Source of the DNA: Isurus oxyrinchus
Lineage: Eukaryota
Assembly (NCBI GenBank): GCA_026770705.1
Contig: JANJGN010000301.1
Coordinates: 1 to 64,000 of the forward strand
Direction of reading: 5' to 3'
DNA: 64,000 nucleotides
Position 1 is the stretch's first letter. Each line of letters starts with the position of its first letter. The notes beneath the pieces are model-generated. The model was not told the origin of the DNA. It made no database searches and worked only from the letters and a program-made list of their open reading frames with translations. This document shows positions 1 through 12,870 of this stretch, piece after piece. Made by a program: the position numbers and the translations under genes.

Positions 1-91
1 ACAGAAATGATTGAGACAGTGTGCGTGGCTCATATCGTGTCAGTCTTCACTGTTTCACTGCCATCCACTGGACAGACTCTGCTACTGTTGA

Positions 92-2209
92 AAACAAAAA
101 CAAAATTGCCTGGAAAAACTCAGCAGGTCTGGCGCAGAAGATAAGAGTTGACGTTTCGAGTCCTCATGATCCTTCGACAGAACTAGGTGAATCCCAGGAA
201 GGGTTGAAATATAAGTTTGTTTAAGGTGGTGGGGGGACGGGGGGGTTGGGTGGGGGGAGAGAAGTGGAGGGGGTGGTGTGGTTGTACGCAAAAGCAGTGA
301 TAGAAGCAGATCATCAAAAGATGTCACAGACAGCAGAACAAAAGAACACATAGGTGTCGAAGTTGGTGATATTATCTAAACGAATGTACTAATTAAGAAT
401 GGATGGTAGGGCACTCAAGGTATAGCTCTAGTGGGGGTGGGGGGGAGCATAAAAGATTTAAAAATATTTAAAAATAATGGAAATAGGCGGGAAAAAGAAA
501 AATCTATATAATTTATTGGAAAAAAACAAAAGGAAGGGGGAAGAAACAGAAGGGGGTGGGGATGGAGGAGGGAGGTCAAGACCTAAAGTTGTTGAATTCA
601 ATATTCAGTCCGGAAGGCTGTAAGGTGCCTAGTCGGAAGAAGAGGTGCTGTTCCTCCAGTTTGCGTTGGGCTTCACTGGAACAATGCAGCAAGCCAAGGA
701 CAGACATGTGTGCAAGAGAGCAGGGTGGAGTGTTGAAATGGCAAGTGACAGGGAGGTTTGGGTCATTCTTGCGGACAGACCGCAGGTGTTCTGCAAAGCA
801 GTCGCCCAGTTCACGTTTGGTCTCTCCAATGTAGAAGAGACCACATTGGGAGCAACGAATGCAGTAGACTAAGTTGGGGGAAATGCAAGTGAAATGTTGC
901 TTCACTTGAAAGGAGTGTTTGGGCCCTTGGACGGTGAGGAGAGAGGAAGTGAACGGGCAGGTGTTACATCTTTTGCGTGGGCATGGGGTGGTGCCATAGG
1001 TGGGAGTTGGGGAGTAGGGGGTGATGGAGGAGTGGACCAGGGTGTCCCAGAGGGAATGATCCTTACGGAATGCCGACAGTGGGGGTGAAGGGAAGATGTG
1101 TTTGATATCATGCTGGAGTTGGCGGAAATGGCGGAGGATGATCCTTTGAATGCAGAGGCTGGTGGGGTGATAAGTGAGGACAAGGGGGACCCTATCATGT
1201 TTCTGGGAGGGAGGAGAAGGCGTGAGGGCAGATGCGTGGGAGATAGGCCGGACACGGTTGAGGGCCCTCTGAACGACCATGGGTGGAAAACCTCGGTTAA
1301 GGAAGAAGGAGGACATGTCAGAGGAACTGTTTTTGAAGGTAGCATCATCGGAACAGATGCGACATTTCACTTGCATTTCCCCCAACTTAGTCTACTGCAT
1401 TCGTTGCTCCCAATGTGGTCTCCTCTACATTGGAGAGACCAAACGTAAACTGGGCGACCGCTTTGCAGAACACCTGTGGTCTGTCTGCAAGAATGACCCA
1501 AACCTCCCTGTCGCTTGCCATTTTAACACTCCACCCTGCTCTCTTGCACACATGTCTGTCCTTGGCTTGCTGCATTGTTCCAGTGAAGCCCAATGCAAAC
1601 CGGAGGAACAACACCTCATCTTCCGACTAGGCACCTTACAGCCTTCCGGACTGAATATTGAATTCAACAACTTTAGGTCTTGACCTCCCTCCTCCATCCC
1701 CACCCTTTTCTGTTTCTTCCCCCTTCCTTTTGTTTTTTTCCAATAAATTATATAGATTTTTCTTTTCCTTCCTATTTCCATTATTTTTAAATATTTTTAA
1801 ATCTTTTATGCTCCCCCCACCCCCACTAGAGCTATACCTTGAGTGCCCTACCATCCATTCTTAATTAGTACATTCATTTAGATAATATCACCAACTTTGA
1901 CACCTATGTGTTCTTTTGTTCTGCTGTCTGTGACATCTTTTGATGATCTGCTTCTATCACTGCTTTTGCGTACAACCACACCACCCCCCTCCACTTCTCT
2001 CCCCCCCACCCAACCTTCCCTCACCCCACCACCTTAAACCAGCTTATATTTCAACCCTTCCTGGGATTCAGCTAGTTCTGTCGAAGGGTCATGAGGACTC
2101 GAAACTTCAACTCTTTTCTTCTCCGCCGGTGCTGCCAGACCTGCTGAGTTTTTCGAGGTAATTCTGTTTTTGTTTTGGATTTCCAGCATCCGCAGTTTTT
2201 TGTTTTTAT
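92..2209. mobile_element. Penelope-like retroelement (GIY-YIG endonuclease 3' part) arranged as an inverted duplication
   Basis: ORF 576-1385(-) and ORF 1279-1683(+) both encode 'FTCISPNLVYCIRCSQCGL.YIGETKR.LGD.FAEHL...LNIEF', a GIY-YIG motif typical of PLEs. Arms ~92-897 and ~1362-2209 are reverse complements. Flanked by the direct repeat CTCTGCTACTGTTGA at 77-91 and 2210-2224 (TSD). Confidence 0.9.
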
Positions 2210-2269
2210 CTCTGCTACTGTTGATGCAGTGAAAATGTCGATTTCAATTGCTGCTTCTGATATTAATGA

Positions 2270-3530
2270 TAGAGTCATTGAATTCTTACAGCACAGAAGG
2301 ATGCCTTTCCGCTAGTCCTGTCCGTGCTGAACCTCTGAAGGAGCAATTTTCCTAGTGGCACTTATTTCCTGTACTCCAGCGTTTTTTCCCCTTTTCAGGT
2401 AATGTTACAATTTCCTTTTGAAAACATCAAATGTCCCTCAGTACACCACACTGTCTGGCAATGCATTCCAGATCCTTACCACTCACTGCGTGAAGATGGT
2501 TTTTCCCTTGCTTCTCCACTGCTTCTTCTCCAGGTTATTGTAAACCTGTGCCCACTGGTTTTTGATCCTTCCACCAATGGGAACAATCCCTCCTATCTAG
2601 CCTGTCCAGACCACTCATGGTTTTTAGTACCCCATATCAAATCTCCTCTACACTTTCTTTTTAGCAAGGAGATTAAAGCCAATTTCTCCACTCTTTATAC
2701 ATAACTGGAGCTCCTTATCCCTGGAACATTTTCCATAAATCTGTGCCCTCTCTCATGCCTTCAAATTCTTCCTAAATCTCACAATTGGATGCAATTCTCC
2801 AGTTGAGGCCTAACCAGTGTGCCACACAAGTTTAACATAACCTCCGTGCTTTTACACTCTTTTCCCCTACTGATAAAATCCAGGATGATGTATGCTTTAT
2901 TAACCCCTCTCTCTACTTGTCCTGCCACCTTCAATGATTTATACATATAAACAGCCTCTGCTCCTGCAGCCTTTTTGGATTCGTACTCTTTCTTTTATAT
3001 TGTCTCTCTGCGTTTTTCCCACCAAAATGAACCACTTCTCATATTCTCTGCCTTAAATTTCATCTGTTACTTGTCCGCCCTCTTCACCAACCTCTCTATG
3101 TTTTTTGAGATCCTCCACTATCCTCCTCATGGCTTGCAATGCTTCCACATCGTCTGTATATTTTGAAGTTGTGTCCTGTACACCAAGGCCCAGTTCATAA
3201 ATAAATATCATGAAAAGCAGGTGTCCTAGCACTGATCCCTGGGGTACTTCATTGTAATCCTTCCCCAAGTCCGAATATCAACCGTTCAAAACTAGTCATT
3301 GTTCCCTGGCACTCAGCTAATTCCCTATCCATGATGCTACCGTCCATTTTATTACAGTGAGCCCCAATTTTACTTACAAGCCTGTTGTGTGGCACTCCAT
3401 CAAATTACATTTGGAAGTCCATATAAACCACGTCAACAGCATTGGACTCATCCACCATCGCTGCTGTGTCAAGAAAAAACTCAAGCAAGTTAGTTAAACA
3501 TGATTTGACCTTTACCAGTCCATGCTGGCT
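2270..3530 (-). mobile_element. Degraded CR1-type LINE, RT and 3' portion
   Basis: Minus ORF 3053-3268 'EVPQGSVLGHLLFMIFIYEL...SKYTDD' matches the RT motifs GVPQGSVLGP and FADD; multiple stops. Confidence 0.8.
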
Positions 3531-4829
3531 TAATGTGTCAAGAAACCACTTCTACTGATGTATCAGCTCATTAACTCCTGTGGAAAGTTCCAATATTTAA
3601 GGTGCAACTATTGCTGATTAACGTGGCTGATTTACGCACTCTTAGGTCAGGAAAAGAGCAAAGTGTCTCAATCCTATTAATTAATTCTTGATGGTCTTGG
3701 TGGAAGCGAGCAATGTGGACCAGAGCACAGTGTTGGGGCCATGGGCGTTTTAATGTCCAACTCAACATATGCGACGTGGGTAGATATTATTGGATCATTG
3801 TACCACCTGAAATATGATGTTGGTGATTTTTGCAGATTCTTCAGATGCTACAGAGCCTCCGAGGGAGCCAAGGTAGGGTCTCAAGTTGAAATGTATGTTT
3901 GTATGTGCATGTGTCTACGTGTCTGTGTGCGCGTGTCTGTTTGTGTGTGTCTGCATATTGGCGTGCGTACATGTGTATCAACAAATCATGCTGTTTACAA
4001 ATTATATCCACCAAGATAAATAATTATTTTCACACATTATGTTCAAGAATTTATTTTATGCGAAATGTAATTGCTGTTCATTTAATGTCGTTAACATTGA
4101 TTGAGAAGACATTGAGCATTCCATCAGAAGAAAGCACCCATGTCCCCAATATTCAGTTTGAACTGGGGCTAAATTATTCGAATTATTCTTTGCGTTTCGT
4201 TGTTATGCGATTAGCTCAGCATTAAACAGAAACTCCTGATATAAACATCAAGAGTGTGATAATTCGGGCAACTGATTGCAAAAAATAAATCTACCTACAT
4301 CTGACCTGAACTTACTTCATCTTAAAATCCTGATGTATTATTCCCCTTGCTTGGAAAGGAATGAAACACCTGCTGATCTCCAGCAAGTTTCCCCCTATTT
4401 ATGTTGCCACGTTATTCCTTTTTACCCTCTTACATTCATCATTTCCGTCCTAACCTCTTTCAGCATCCTCGGGTATCACCTTTTGAAGTAGTAGTTGAAA
4501 AACAGTTTTACATAATTTAAACGGTGCCATGCTCTAGAGTAATGTAAGTGGGGCAACTGGACAGGATGTAATCCATTATCAGCAGAGACATGGTCTCTAA
4601 TGAAATAAAATGCAGGGCTATGGAGGAACAGCATGGGGTGGGTGGGGGGGTGGGGGTGAGAGAGCATGAGACAAATTCGATAGTTTCTTTTAATGCTGGT
4701 ACAGTCCTGAGTGGCTGAATGACCTCTTTCCCAGCCTGGTGTGTAGGTGCATCCTAGAAGGCTATGATTCCCTGCCTCAATCCAACACTTTACATTCTAC
4801 ACCTAGAGTTCAAAAAAGGGGAAAAAGGA

Positions 4830-5160
4830 AAAATGTATTATAGCGCTTTTCACCATCACCGGATGTCTCTGAGTGTTTTACAGCCAAAAACGCACTTCCA
4901 AAATGTATTCACTGTTGTCTTGTCGGAAGGGCAGCAGCCAATTTGCGCACAGCAAGCTCCCAAAAGCAGCAGTGCAATAATGACCAGTTAGTATTTTGTC
5001 AAGTTTATTTGTTGCTAAATATTTGCTAAGAAACCTGGGACAACTCCCCTGCACTTCCAGCCAGGATAGTACTATGGGATCTTTTACATCGACTTGAGAG
5101 GGCAGACAGCCTCAATTTAATGTAAAAGGGGGAAGTGTTACCAACTGAACCAAAGTTGAC
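4830..5160 (-). mobile_element. DeuSINE-like SINE remnant
   Basis: 'gcagccaatttgcgcacagcaagctccc' and 'tatagcgctttcacc...ttttacagccaa' resemble the reverse complement of the Deu-domain/3' tail of shark SINEs (recognised from memory). Confidence 0.55.
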
Positions 5161-6019
5161 AGCCAGGGTTCATTGTGAATGAATATATAGATCAAGAGGA
5201 CACCAATATATAGAAATCCAGACATTCAATGGCTCAGCCTTCAATATAGATACATTGTTAAACTAGACTGAATCCGGGCCTCTCCTGTACCCCAAAACCT
5301 ATTGTAAAGTCCCACCGGGAGCAGAGGCACTGACGGTGGGTGTGACCTTGAACCTGACAACAGAATAGCTCAGCTATTGTGTGAATTGTACTCTAAGAAC
5401 CAAGGTTAGCCTGAACTTCACAGTCATTGAGAGGATTTCTGAACAAATTGGGTCATTTCCTTAAACAGAAGAATACTCATTGGACTTTGAATCATTTTAC
5501 AATAGGCGATCATTGACAGATTGTGAAACATCAGTTGCTTAGGAGTGGTGAAAGGGTTGAGAGTCTTTCATAGGGTAGGAGACATCATTTGGTTGCAAGC
5601 AATTGGTTGTATGGGAAAGTTGAAGGTATGGAACTATCGATGCATCAAAACATTATTGGAATGAGACACATCTAAAGTTTCTTAAAAACGATCAAAGGCA
5701 GAAAATGTTGATAAATATCATTTGTTTTGCAATATGACAGCCTGGGAATACCTATGTATCTGTAACTGTCTCTCCATTCATCTGCCACCGTTTCAGTTAG
5801 CTATAGCACAGAGGATTACTCCTGATAGTGGTGCATTGAACATGAATGGCAGCGTGCAGCGACCAGCTTAATAGTCGTGGATAGTGGGAGAGATCCTATT
5901 GCACGATAAGGAAAGATCAATCATGTATCCAGTAACTCAGCGCTGTTTACCGAAAAATGTTTCACCAATGTAATGTTAATAGTTATATTAATGACAATAT
6001 TAATAATTCATTTTGCTGC

Positions 6020-6505
6020 AATTGTTGGTGCAGCTCCAACAACACACAAGAAGCTTGATACCATCCAGGACAAAGCAGTCCGCTTGATTGGCACCCATCC
6101 ACAAACATTCACTCCCTCCACCACCGATGCACAGCAACAGCAGTGTGTACAATCTACAAGATATACTGCAGGGATTCACCAAGGCTCCTCAGACAGCACC
6201 TTCCAAACCTACGACGACTGCCATCTAGAAGGACAGGGACCGCGGATAGATGGGAACACCACCAGCTGGATGTTCCCCTCCAAGCCACTCACCATCCTGA
6301 CTTGGAAATATGTCGCCGCTCCTTCAATGTTGCAGGGTCAAAATCCTGGTACTCCCTCTCTAACAACGCTGTGGATGTAACTACATGACATGCAATGCAG
6401 CAGTTCAAGAAGACAGCTCACCACTGCCTTCGAAGAGCAACTAGGGGTGCGCAATAAATTCTGGCCTATCCAGCGACGCCCACATCCCAGGAATGACTGC
6501 AAAAA
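6020..6505 (+). mobile_element. 3' end of a non-LTR retrotransposon (related tails at ~13435-13670, ~48940-49410, ~59570-59910)
   Basis: 'AAPTTHKKLDTIQDKAVRLIG' is like an RT C-terminus. The tail 'cagttcaagaaggcagctcaccaccaccttctcaagggcaactagggatgggcaataaatgctggcc' recurs several times in the window. Confidence 0.7.
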
Positions 6506-6874
6506 CCCTTCAAACATTCGGAAGTGGGGTCGAGGTATAAATTCAGAGCAGAAATTTGTGTGGAAAGGTATTTACTGAATATTCCCACATTGACTTCTTG
6601 TTGGAGACTTTACATCATCACATCAGATCTCCCCCTCCCTAAACAAGTCTCATAGCCCAAGTGCAACCATGTGAAAAGGAGAAGTTTGGATTAGTATTAT
6701 TCCAAAGAACATTGACCAGGTATTGATGTTGGAAACTATGATTCAAATCACTTAAGTTACTTCAACGGCTCAGCTCTGTCCGGCTGATGTCCACTGTAAC
6801 CAGAAATCTCCAGCACGGTAACCCTGAGCACATCTCATTGAAGCACTGACCTTACCCATCCAACATGTGAAGAT

Positions 6875-7012
6875 AAAAACAAAGAAAACTGCGGATGCTG
6901 GAAATCCAAAACAAAAACAGAATTACCTGGAAAAACTCAGCAGGTCTGGCAGCATCGGCGGAGAAGAAAAGAGTTGACGTTTCGAGTCCTCATGACCCTT
7001 CGACAGAACTTG
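6875..7012 (-). mobile_element. Short Penelope terminal-repeat insertion with TSD (similar copies ~20165-20276, ~28385-28485, ~51029-51165)
   Basis: Near-identical to the ends of the 92-2209 element. TSD ACATGTGAAGAT at 6863-6874 and 7013-7024; the 28.4 kb copy has TSD TCGGTATTTCGT. Confidence 0.8.
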
Positions 7013-7687
7013 ACATGTGAAGATTCGATTGCCTGCATGAATGCACTGAAAGGAAAGCTTCTGGGGAGTGTGTTTGAAGGAGTTAAAAGCTTTTGAACTT
7101 GAGACAACGGTGTGCAATATCCATCGGATATAGTCCATTGTGACAACGATTTTCAATGAATATATTGCCGGAAAATGTCACATTTCATGCACACCCACTA
7201 CCCCCACCCCGCCACCCCATCCCCACGCCGTGCTGTTTAGAATGGTGGGACTTCACCAGTGTCACAGTGACAATAAATTACCATACAGCTGGGGGGAAAT
7301 ACTATCCAATGATCTGCTACTTTTCTGTTGTGATTGAAGTAATTTGGCCGAGGATCTGTCGTGTGGTTTGTTGCACCTGAAACAATTGCACGTTGCAAAT
7401 ATTACAATCCTCCTTTCTCATCCCAGTCATGAAAATGTGTTTTATATATCAGATCAAGATTCACCATCTCTGCAGAAGGATCATGAGTACCACAGGGATA
7501 CCTCCAGATTGCACTTGGTGACCTTCAGCTCACCAGTTCTCGACAGCCAAGGGATTGAAATGATCCAGGAAATCAGGAAGGGCTGAAAGTGCCAGACCGA
7601 TACAAATTGAATAAAGGGCCTCCTACAAGTTATGAAGTAATCAATCGTAAAGCTGAAAATGTGGAACAGCATTTTTCAGATCGGCCC

Positions 7688-7890
7688 ATCCATCCGTCCG
7701 TCGATCCATCCATCCATCCATCTATCCAATCACTGGTCCTTAGAAAAAACATTAATTTATCCAACTATCCATTCATTCTATCATTGCTCCATCCAAGCAA
7801 ACATGAATATCTATCTATCTATCTATCTATCTAGCTATCTATCTATATATCTATCAATTTATCGATCTATCTATATTTCTATCTATCTAT
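7688..7890. repeat. (CCAT)n/(TCTA)n microsatellite running into an assembly gap
   Basis: Directly visible tetranucleotide repeats before the N run at 7891-8057. Confidence 0.9.
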
Positions 7891-8074
7891 NNNNNNNNNN
7901 NNNNNNNNNNNNNNNNNNNNNNNNNNNNNNNNNNNNNNNNNNNNNNNNNNNNNNNNNNNNNNNNNNNNNNNNNNNNNNNNNNNNNNNNNNNNNNNNNNNN
8001 NNNNNNNNNNNNNNNNNNNNNNNNNNNNNNNNNNNNNNNNNNNNNNNNNNNNNNNNNTTCCTGTTGTTCATTCT

Positions 8075-8221
8075 GTTTCCACGGTTAACTGGAAAATTCT
8101 CGAAACACCAAATAATATAGCTGATTTCGCCTTGACTGTGCTGCAGCTCCCTGACAGCGCCATGTATAACTGTGTGCTGAGTCCTAGTGAGAATGGCGTC
8201 TGCATAACTTGTACCATGACC
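8075..8221 (+). pseudogene. TCR V pseudogene, 3' remnant with degenerate 23-RSS
   Basis: 'ILETPNNIADFALTVLQLPDSAMYNCVLS' resembles FR3 LQLSDSAVYYC. Followed by CCTAGTG (8183-8189), a 23-bp spacer and ACCATGACC. Frameshift upstream; the 5' part is in or beyond the gap. Confidence 0.65.
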
Positions 8222-9074
8222 GTATTCTCTGAAATCAGTTAAAATGAGAGTCATTAAACTAACTACCAGGTAGCTCATCAGGCAGTGGATTCCCAGCGCC
8301 TGTTACATTTCAATACTGATAGACAATTTTCTGAATGTTACTTCAGGTGAAATGCTTTTGGTCTCACATGCTCATTACTGTAACTCTTCCTAACAGACCC
8401 ATCATTGAGAAGGTTAGTTCAGTGTTAAAGAACAGTTTGGCTCCAGTACATTGGGATGGGTTGCCCAGTTTTGTGTTCCCCACTGAGAGGTTCAGCTTCC
8501 TGCATTGAGCGACATAAACTATGAAGTTATTGGTAACTATAAATTAATCCGTATATCTAATTCATGTCGCTAGTCTGTTTGCCATAGATTTGAAATAAAT
8601 GTGAAGGTAACGCAGTCCGTACAGAGAGGGAAAGGTAAATAATTTCTGGTGGGCGAATTATCATTGCCTTGCCCACAAATTCCGTTTGTTCCTCTCGCTC
8701 TGACCTTCCTTTTATTTCCTGTTTTATTGGAGAGATGGTTGGCGCTGTTCCCTGTTTGGCGTTGATTGGATCAGAAGCACAGGGGCTGGAATCTACATTT
8801 CAGTTCCGACAGAGGATTTGACGGACTGCAGAGTTACAGACTCAGACATCCTCAAGAGGAATTGCATCATACCGTTCGTTTCCATTATATCATTTCTTAG
8901 TAAGTATTTCCTTCCCAGAAAAATGTCCGTTCTCCCCCTGACTGCTGGAACCCAGACGTTATTAACTGTGAAATGCTGCTGTTGATGATTATGCTGCTTG
9001 ACATGATGGTGATGACGATCCCGATAATAGTGACATCTATCCCAGCTACTTTACGTTATATTTATGCGCGACAA

Positions 9075-9396
9075 GGCACAGAGGCCGAGTCGGGAGCTGA
9101 AACTTTGGTCAAAGAGTGAAAAGCCATCACAATAACCTGCATCTTGAAAACAAATCTTCTGAACCATTATATGTTCTGGTATAGTCAGAAACCCGGACAA
9201 CATCCACAACTGCTGATTCACCATTATCTGTATAAATATAAACAAGGAGACCGACATCATTGTCTGATTCTTTTCTACATTTGATAGAAACCATCAGTAC
9301 ATTGGAGCTGAGGCCCTGATCTGCCACACTTCCGAGTATTTCTGTGACATGAATCCCACCCTGCGGCAGAGATGCAGTGAATCCCGGACAATATTC
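9075..9396 (+). pseudogene. TCR V pseudogene
   Basis: 'ETLVKE*KAITITCILKTNLLNHYMFWYSQKPGQHPQLLI', then a frameshift, then 'SEYFCDMN'. Degenerate RSS CACCCTG (9357-9363) ... ACAATATTC. Confidence 0.75.
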
Positions 9397-11289
9397 CACA
9401 TTGTGATGTTCAGTTAATTCTCAGCAGAGGGCGCTCCCGTTGCCAAAAAAAGACAAGTTATCACCCTCCTTTGCAAGATTCAGAGGGAGCATGCTTAAAG
9501 GAGCAAAAATTCAAGACAACACTTGAGTTTAACATGCGTAATTATATTTGTGGATGATTTGAATTCGCATTAACAATAAAAAAGCGTCCCAAGTTCAACT
9601 CTGGCGCCTTAACTTCCGCTTTGACTTTGATCCCTTTTCTGTGCACCTTTGTCCCTTCTCACCCCCTGTCCCCAATATTAACACATAAATGTATGCATTT
9701 AGGTCTTCCGGCCTTTTAGATAACTGATGTAAATCATTTACTCCTGTTCTATATAATAATTCCCAACTGCCCATATCCGGCTCCTCATGAAGTCCAGCCA
9801 TGTTCGTGAATGCATGCAGAATTTCCCACACACTGGCAATAGGGGAGCTGTAGATTGTAAAGGGGATAGTGGAGACGGAGAAAAAAAGCAGAAATAAAAG
9901 CAGAAAAGATGTCGATAAATATAGATTAAAAAACCCAGGCAGGAAACAAAAAGGGGAACAGTGAGTTTAAATTATTGAATTCTGCAAAGAGGTTATTGTA
10001 AGGAAGACCTGAATAATGTACTTGTGCAAGCGAGTGATTTCTTCCTCACGGCGGGTCAGTCATACCCCTGTATGTACTCAATGATTAAAACCTCAACAAT
10101 ATTCCTATGGTAGTGAGTGAGCTGTTTCCTTACGCCACTGCCGCCGAGTCCAGAATCACTGACTTCGATACAGCAGCTTAGTGCCTATCTGGTCTCAATA
10201 GTTAAAGACCTGAGATCCTTGCCTGTATGGAAGAGTGAGACTCTGCTCACTGAATCAGTCATTTTCCTGTCTGGTCTCAATGATTAAAGACCCGAGTAAT
10301 TTGCCTGTGAAGCTGGGTGAAAGAGGCCCTCACGGTGAATACATTCATTGCCATCTACTCTCACAATTATGGATTGGATCAAAGGAGCTGTGGTATGTGA
10401 ATTAGTATCTCGTCCATGTATTGTCTCAGTTTCTGTCTGGACACTTTGAGACAGCTACATAATGTAGAATGTAGATAAAGTTGAGAATAAGTGCGAGACA
10501 GAGAGACACCAACATAGGGAGTTTGATAAAGATGAGATTCCGTACTCAGTATGCAGAGAGGCACTAACAGACGGACATAGATAAAGGTGATATTGAATGC
10601 ACTCAGTGTTGAGAAAGGCATAAAGAGTGAAATAGATAAATCTGAGACTGAGGATAGTTAGTGTTATAGAGGGAGAACAGCAAAAGGCTATTGATGTCTA
10701 TAAATATAAAGACACAGAAAGTGGACAGTTCATCTTGGCTATTCTCCCATTGGAATGACCCTTGGAGCGTGAAGTGCGGTAAAGAGATCAGTACTGCTCT
10801 GTGTAAAAAGAATGCAGAAAACAGACAAACACTGAGTGAAGTTGAGCGGCGCACATACAGACTGTGGACTGCTCGGTGTCACCAGTGAACATGTGAATTG
10901 GCAAATCCTATGGATTTTAATGCAGAAAAGGATGATGAACGCTGGGAAAATAATGGGAAACAGGTAAAAATGAACAGTGTGATAACTTAAAAACATACAG
11001 CAGGTCAAAATAAAGCAAATACACTTATGGTGCAGGAAAATGGATGTGATTGAATGAGAGGATAATCTAAGCAACTTTACTGTACAGGTGAGTGACGCCC
11101 CCCTTGGTGCATCAACCCAGTGCCTGGCTGTACCCAGTGATTCATGAATTAAGCAATACTGATTTATTGCTGCATTGTGTAATTCCTCGACTTATATTAA
11201 ACCAGAGCTTGCCTCACTTGTGACTATATCCAATGTCTTGGAGAGTCGTATAACCAGGGTGACAGAGAGGAATTTACACTAAATACTGG

Positions 11290-12870
11290 GGGAAAGGGGT
11301 CATGTGAGGAGAGATGTAGCAAATCAAAAGGCAACAAAGAGATAATAGGGCAGAATAACTATTTGAGTAATGAAAACCAGCCTGTGGCAGGAAGGGTCAG
11401 AGAGTACACATTTAAGGCTGCACCAGCAGGTAAGGCCAGAAAGAGTAAAAAGATAGAGTTTGAGTATCTGAATGCGCGCAGCATTCCTAACAAAATGGAT
11501 AGAAATAACTATGAACGACCCGAGAGCCACTACAGAGACATTGTTGCAGGGTGACCAAGGCTGGGACCTAAACATTGAAGGGTTTTTGCCATTTGGAAAA
11601 GACAGGAAGCTGGGAACAGGTGGTAGAGTAGCTCGGTTAATTCAAGGTCTCCTTGGTACAGTGGTGAAGGATGACCTGGGCTCAAAAAAAAAGCAACACG
11701 TAGAATCAGGAATCAGAATTATTATCACAGTTAGACAGAAGGACTCTTTGAGATGGATACATCATCTATGGCTGAATAAGGGGGTTAAGGATAGCATCAA
11801 TTTGAAAGAAACACTGTAGAAATCTGGAAAGATTAGTGTTAGGTCAGAAGAATATTGAAATTTTAGGAACCGGGAAAAAATGAAAAAAAGAGGAAGAAGG
11901 CATGAGAGAAATAGTGAAGGGAAGTGGTCACATGTGGGAGTAGTCTATAGGCATCCTAAGAGTAGTTACATGATAGAGCAGGGTACATATGAAGAATGGG
12001 ACGCTTAAGAAAGGTACAGCAATGCTCATAGGTGACTTTAATCCGCACGCAGTTTGGGTGAACCAGATTCGCAGAGGAAGCCTGGAGCATTAGCTCATAG
12101 AGTGTATTCAGGACATTATCGTAGTGCAGTACATTCTAGAGCCAACCATGAAGAAGGCTATTTTGGACCTGGTAATGAGCAATGAGACAGGATTAATCAA
12201 TAACCTCATTGTAAAGGAGACTCTAAGTGATAGCGATCACAGCACAATAGAATTTTATGGTCAGTTTAATGGGTAGAAAAGTGGATCGAAGGCTAAGGTT
12301 GTAAACCTGAATAAAAGTAATTATAAGGGTATGAAAGCAGATGTAGAGGAAGTGAATTTGGAACTAGGTTAAAAGTTAGGACAGTTGAGTTTCAGTGGCA
12401 GGCTTTTAAGGATACATTTAATAACTCCCAGGGAATATTTATCTCCGTGAGAAGGAAGGACCCTTTGAGATGGATGCATCAACCGTGGCTGAATAAGAAA
12501 TTTAAGGACAGTATCAAATTAAAGAAACACTGCACAAATATACAAAGATTAGTGGTAGGTCAGGAGATTGGACAAATCTTAAGAACTAGAAAAGAATTAC
12601 TAAAAAAGAGAAAAAGTCGTGTGAGAAAGCTAGCTGGTAAAATAAAAAGAGATGGCAAGAGTTTCTACTAGTATTTAAAGGATAAAATAGTGATTAAAGC
12701 TAATGTTGGTCTTCTGGGTAGTGTACCTGGGGAATTGATAAGAGAAAACAAGGAAGTGGCAGAGGCGTTAAACAGGTATTTTGTGTCTATCTTCACTGCT
12801 GAACACTTAGAAAACTTTCCAAAGATACTTGAAAATCAAGAGGTGAACTGGAAGGAGGAACTTAAAACGT
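11290..12870 (+). mobile_element. Degraded CR1-type LINE ORF2 (endonuclease region)
   Basis: 'YLNARSIPNKMD', 'TETLLQGDQGWDLNIEGF', 'KEVAEALNRYFVSIFT' are CR1 ORF2 signatures; stops and frameshifts. Confidence 0.8.

Noticed and set aside
7440-7680. Possible V relic ('VPDRYKL')
   Set aside because: No Cys/Trp landmarks and no RSS.
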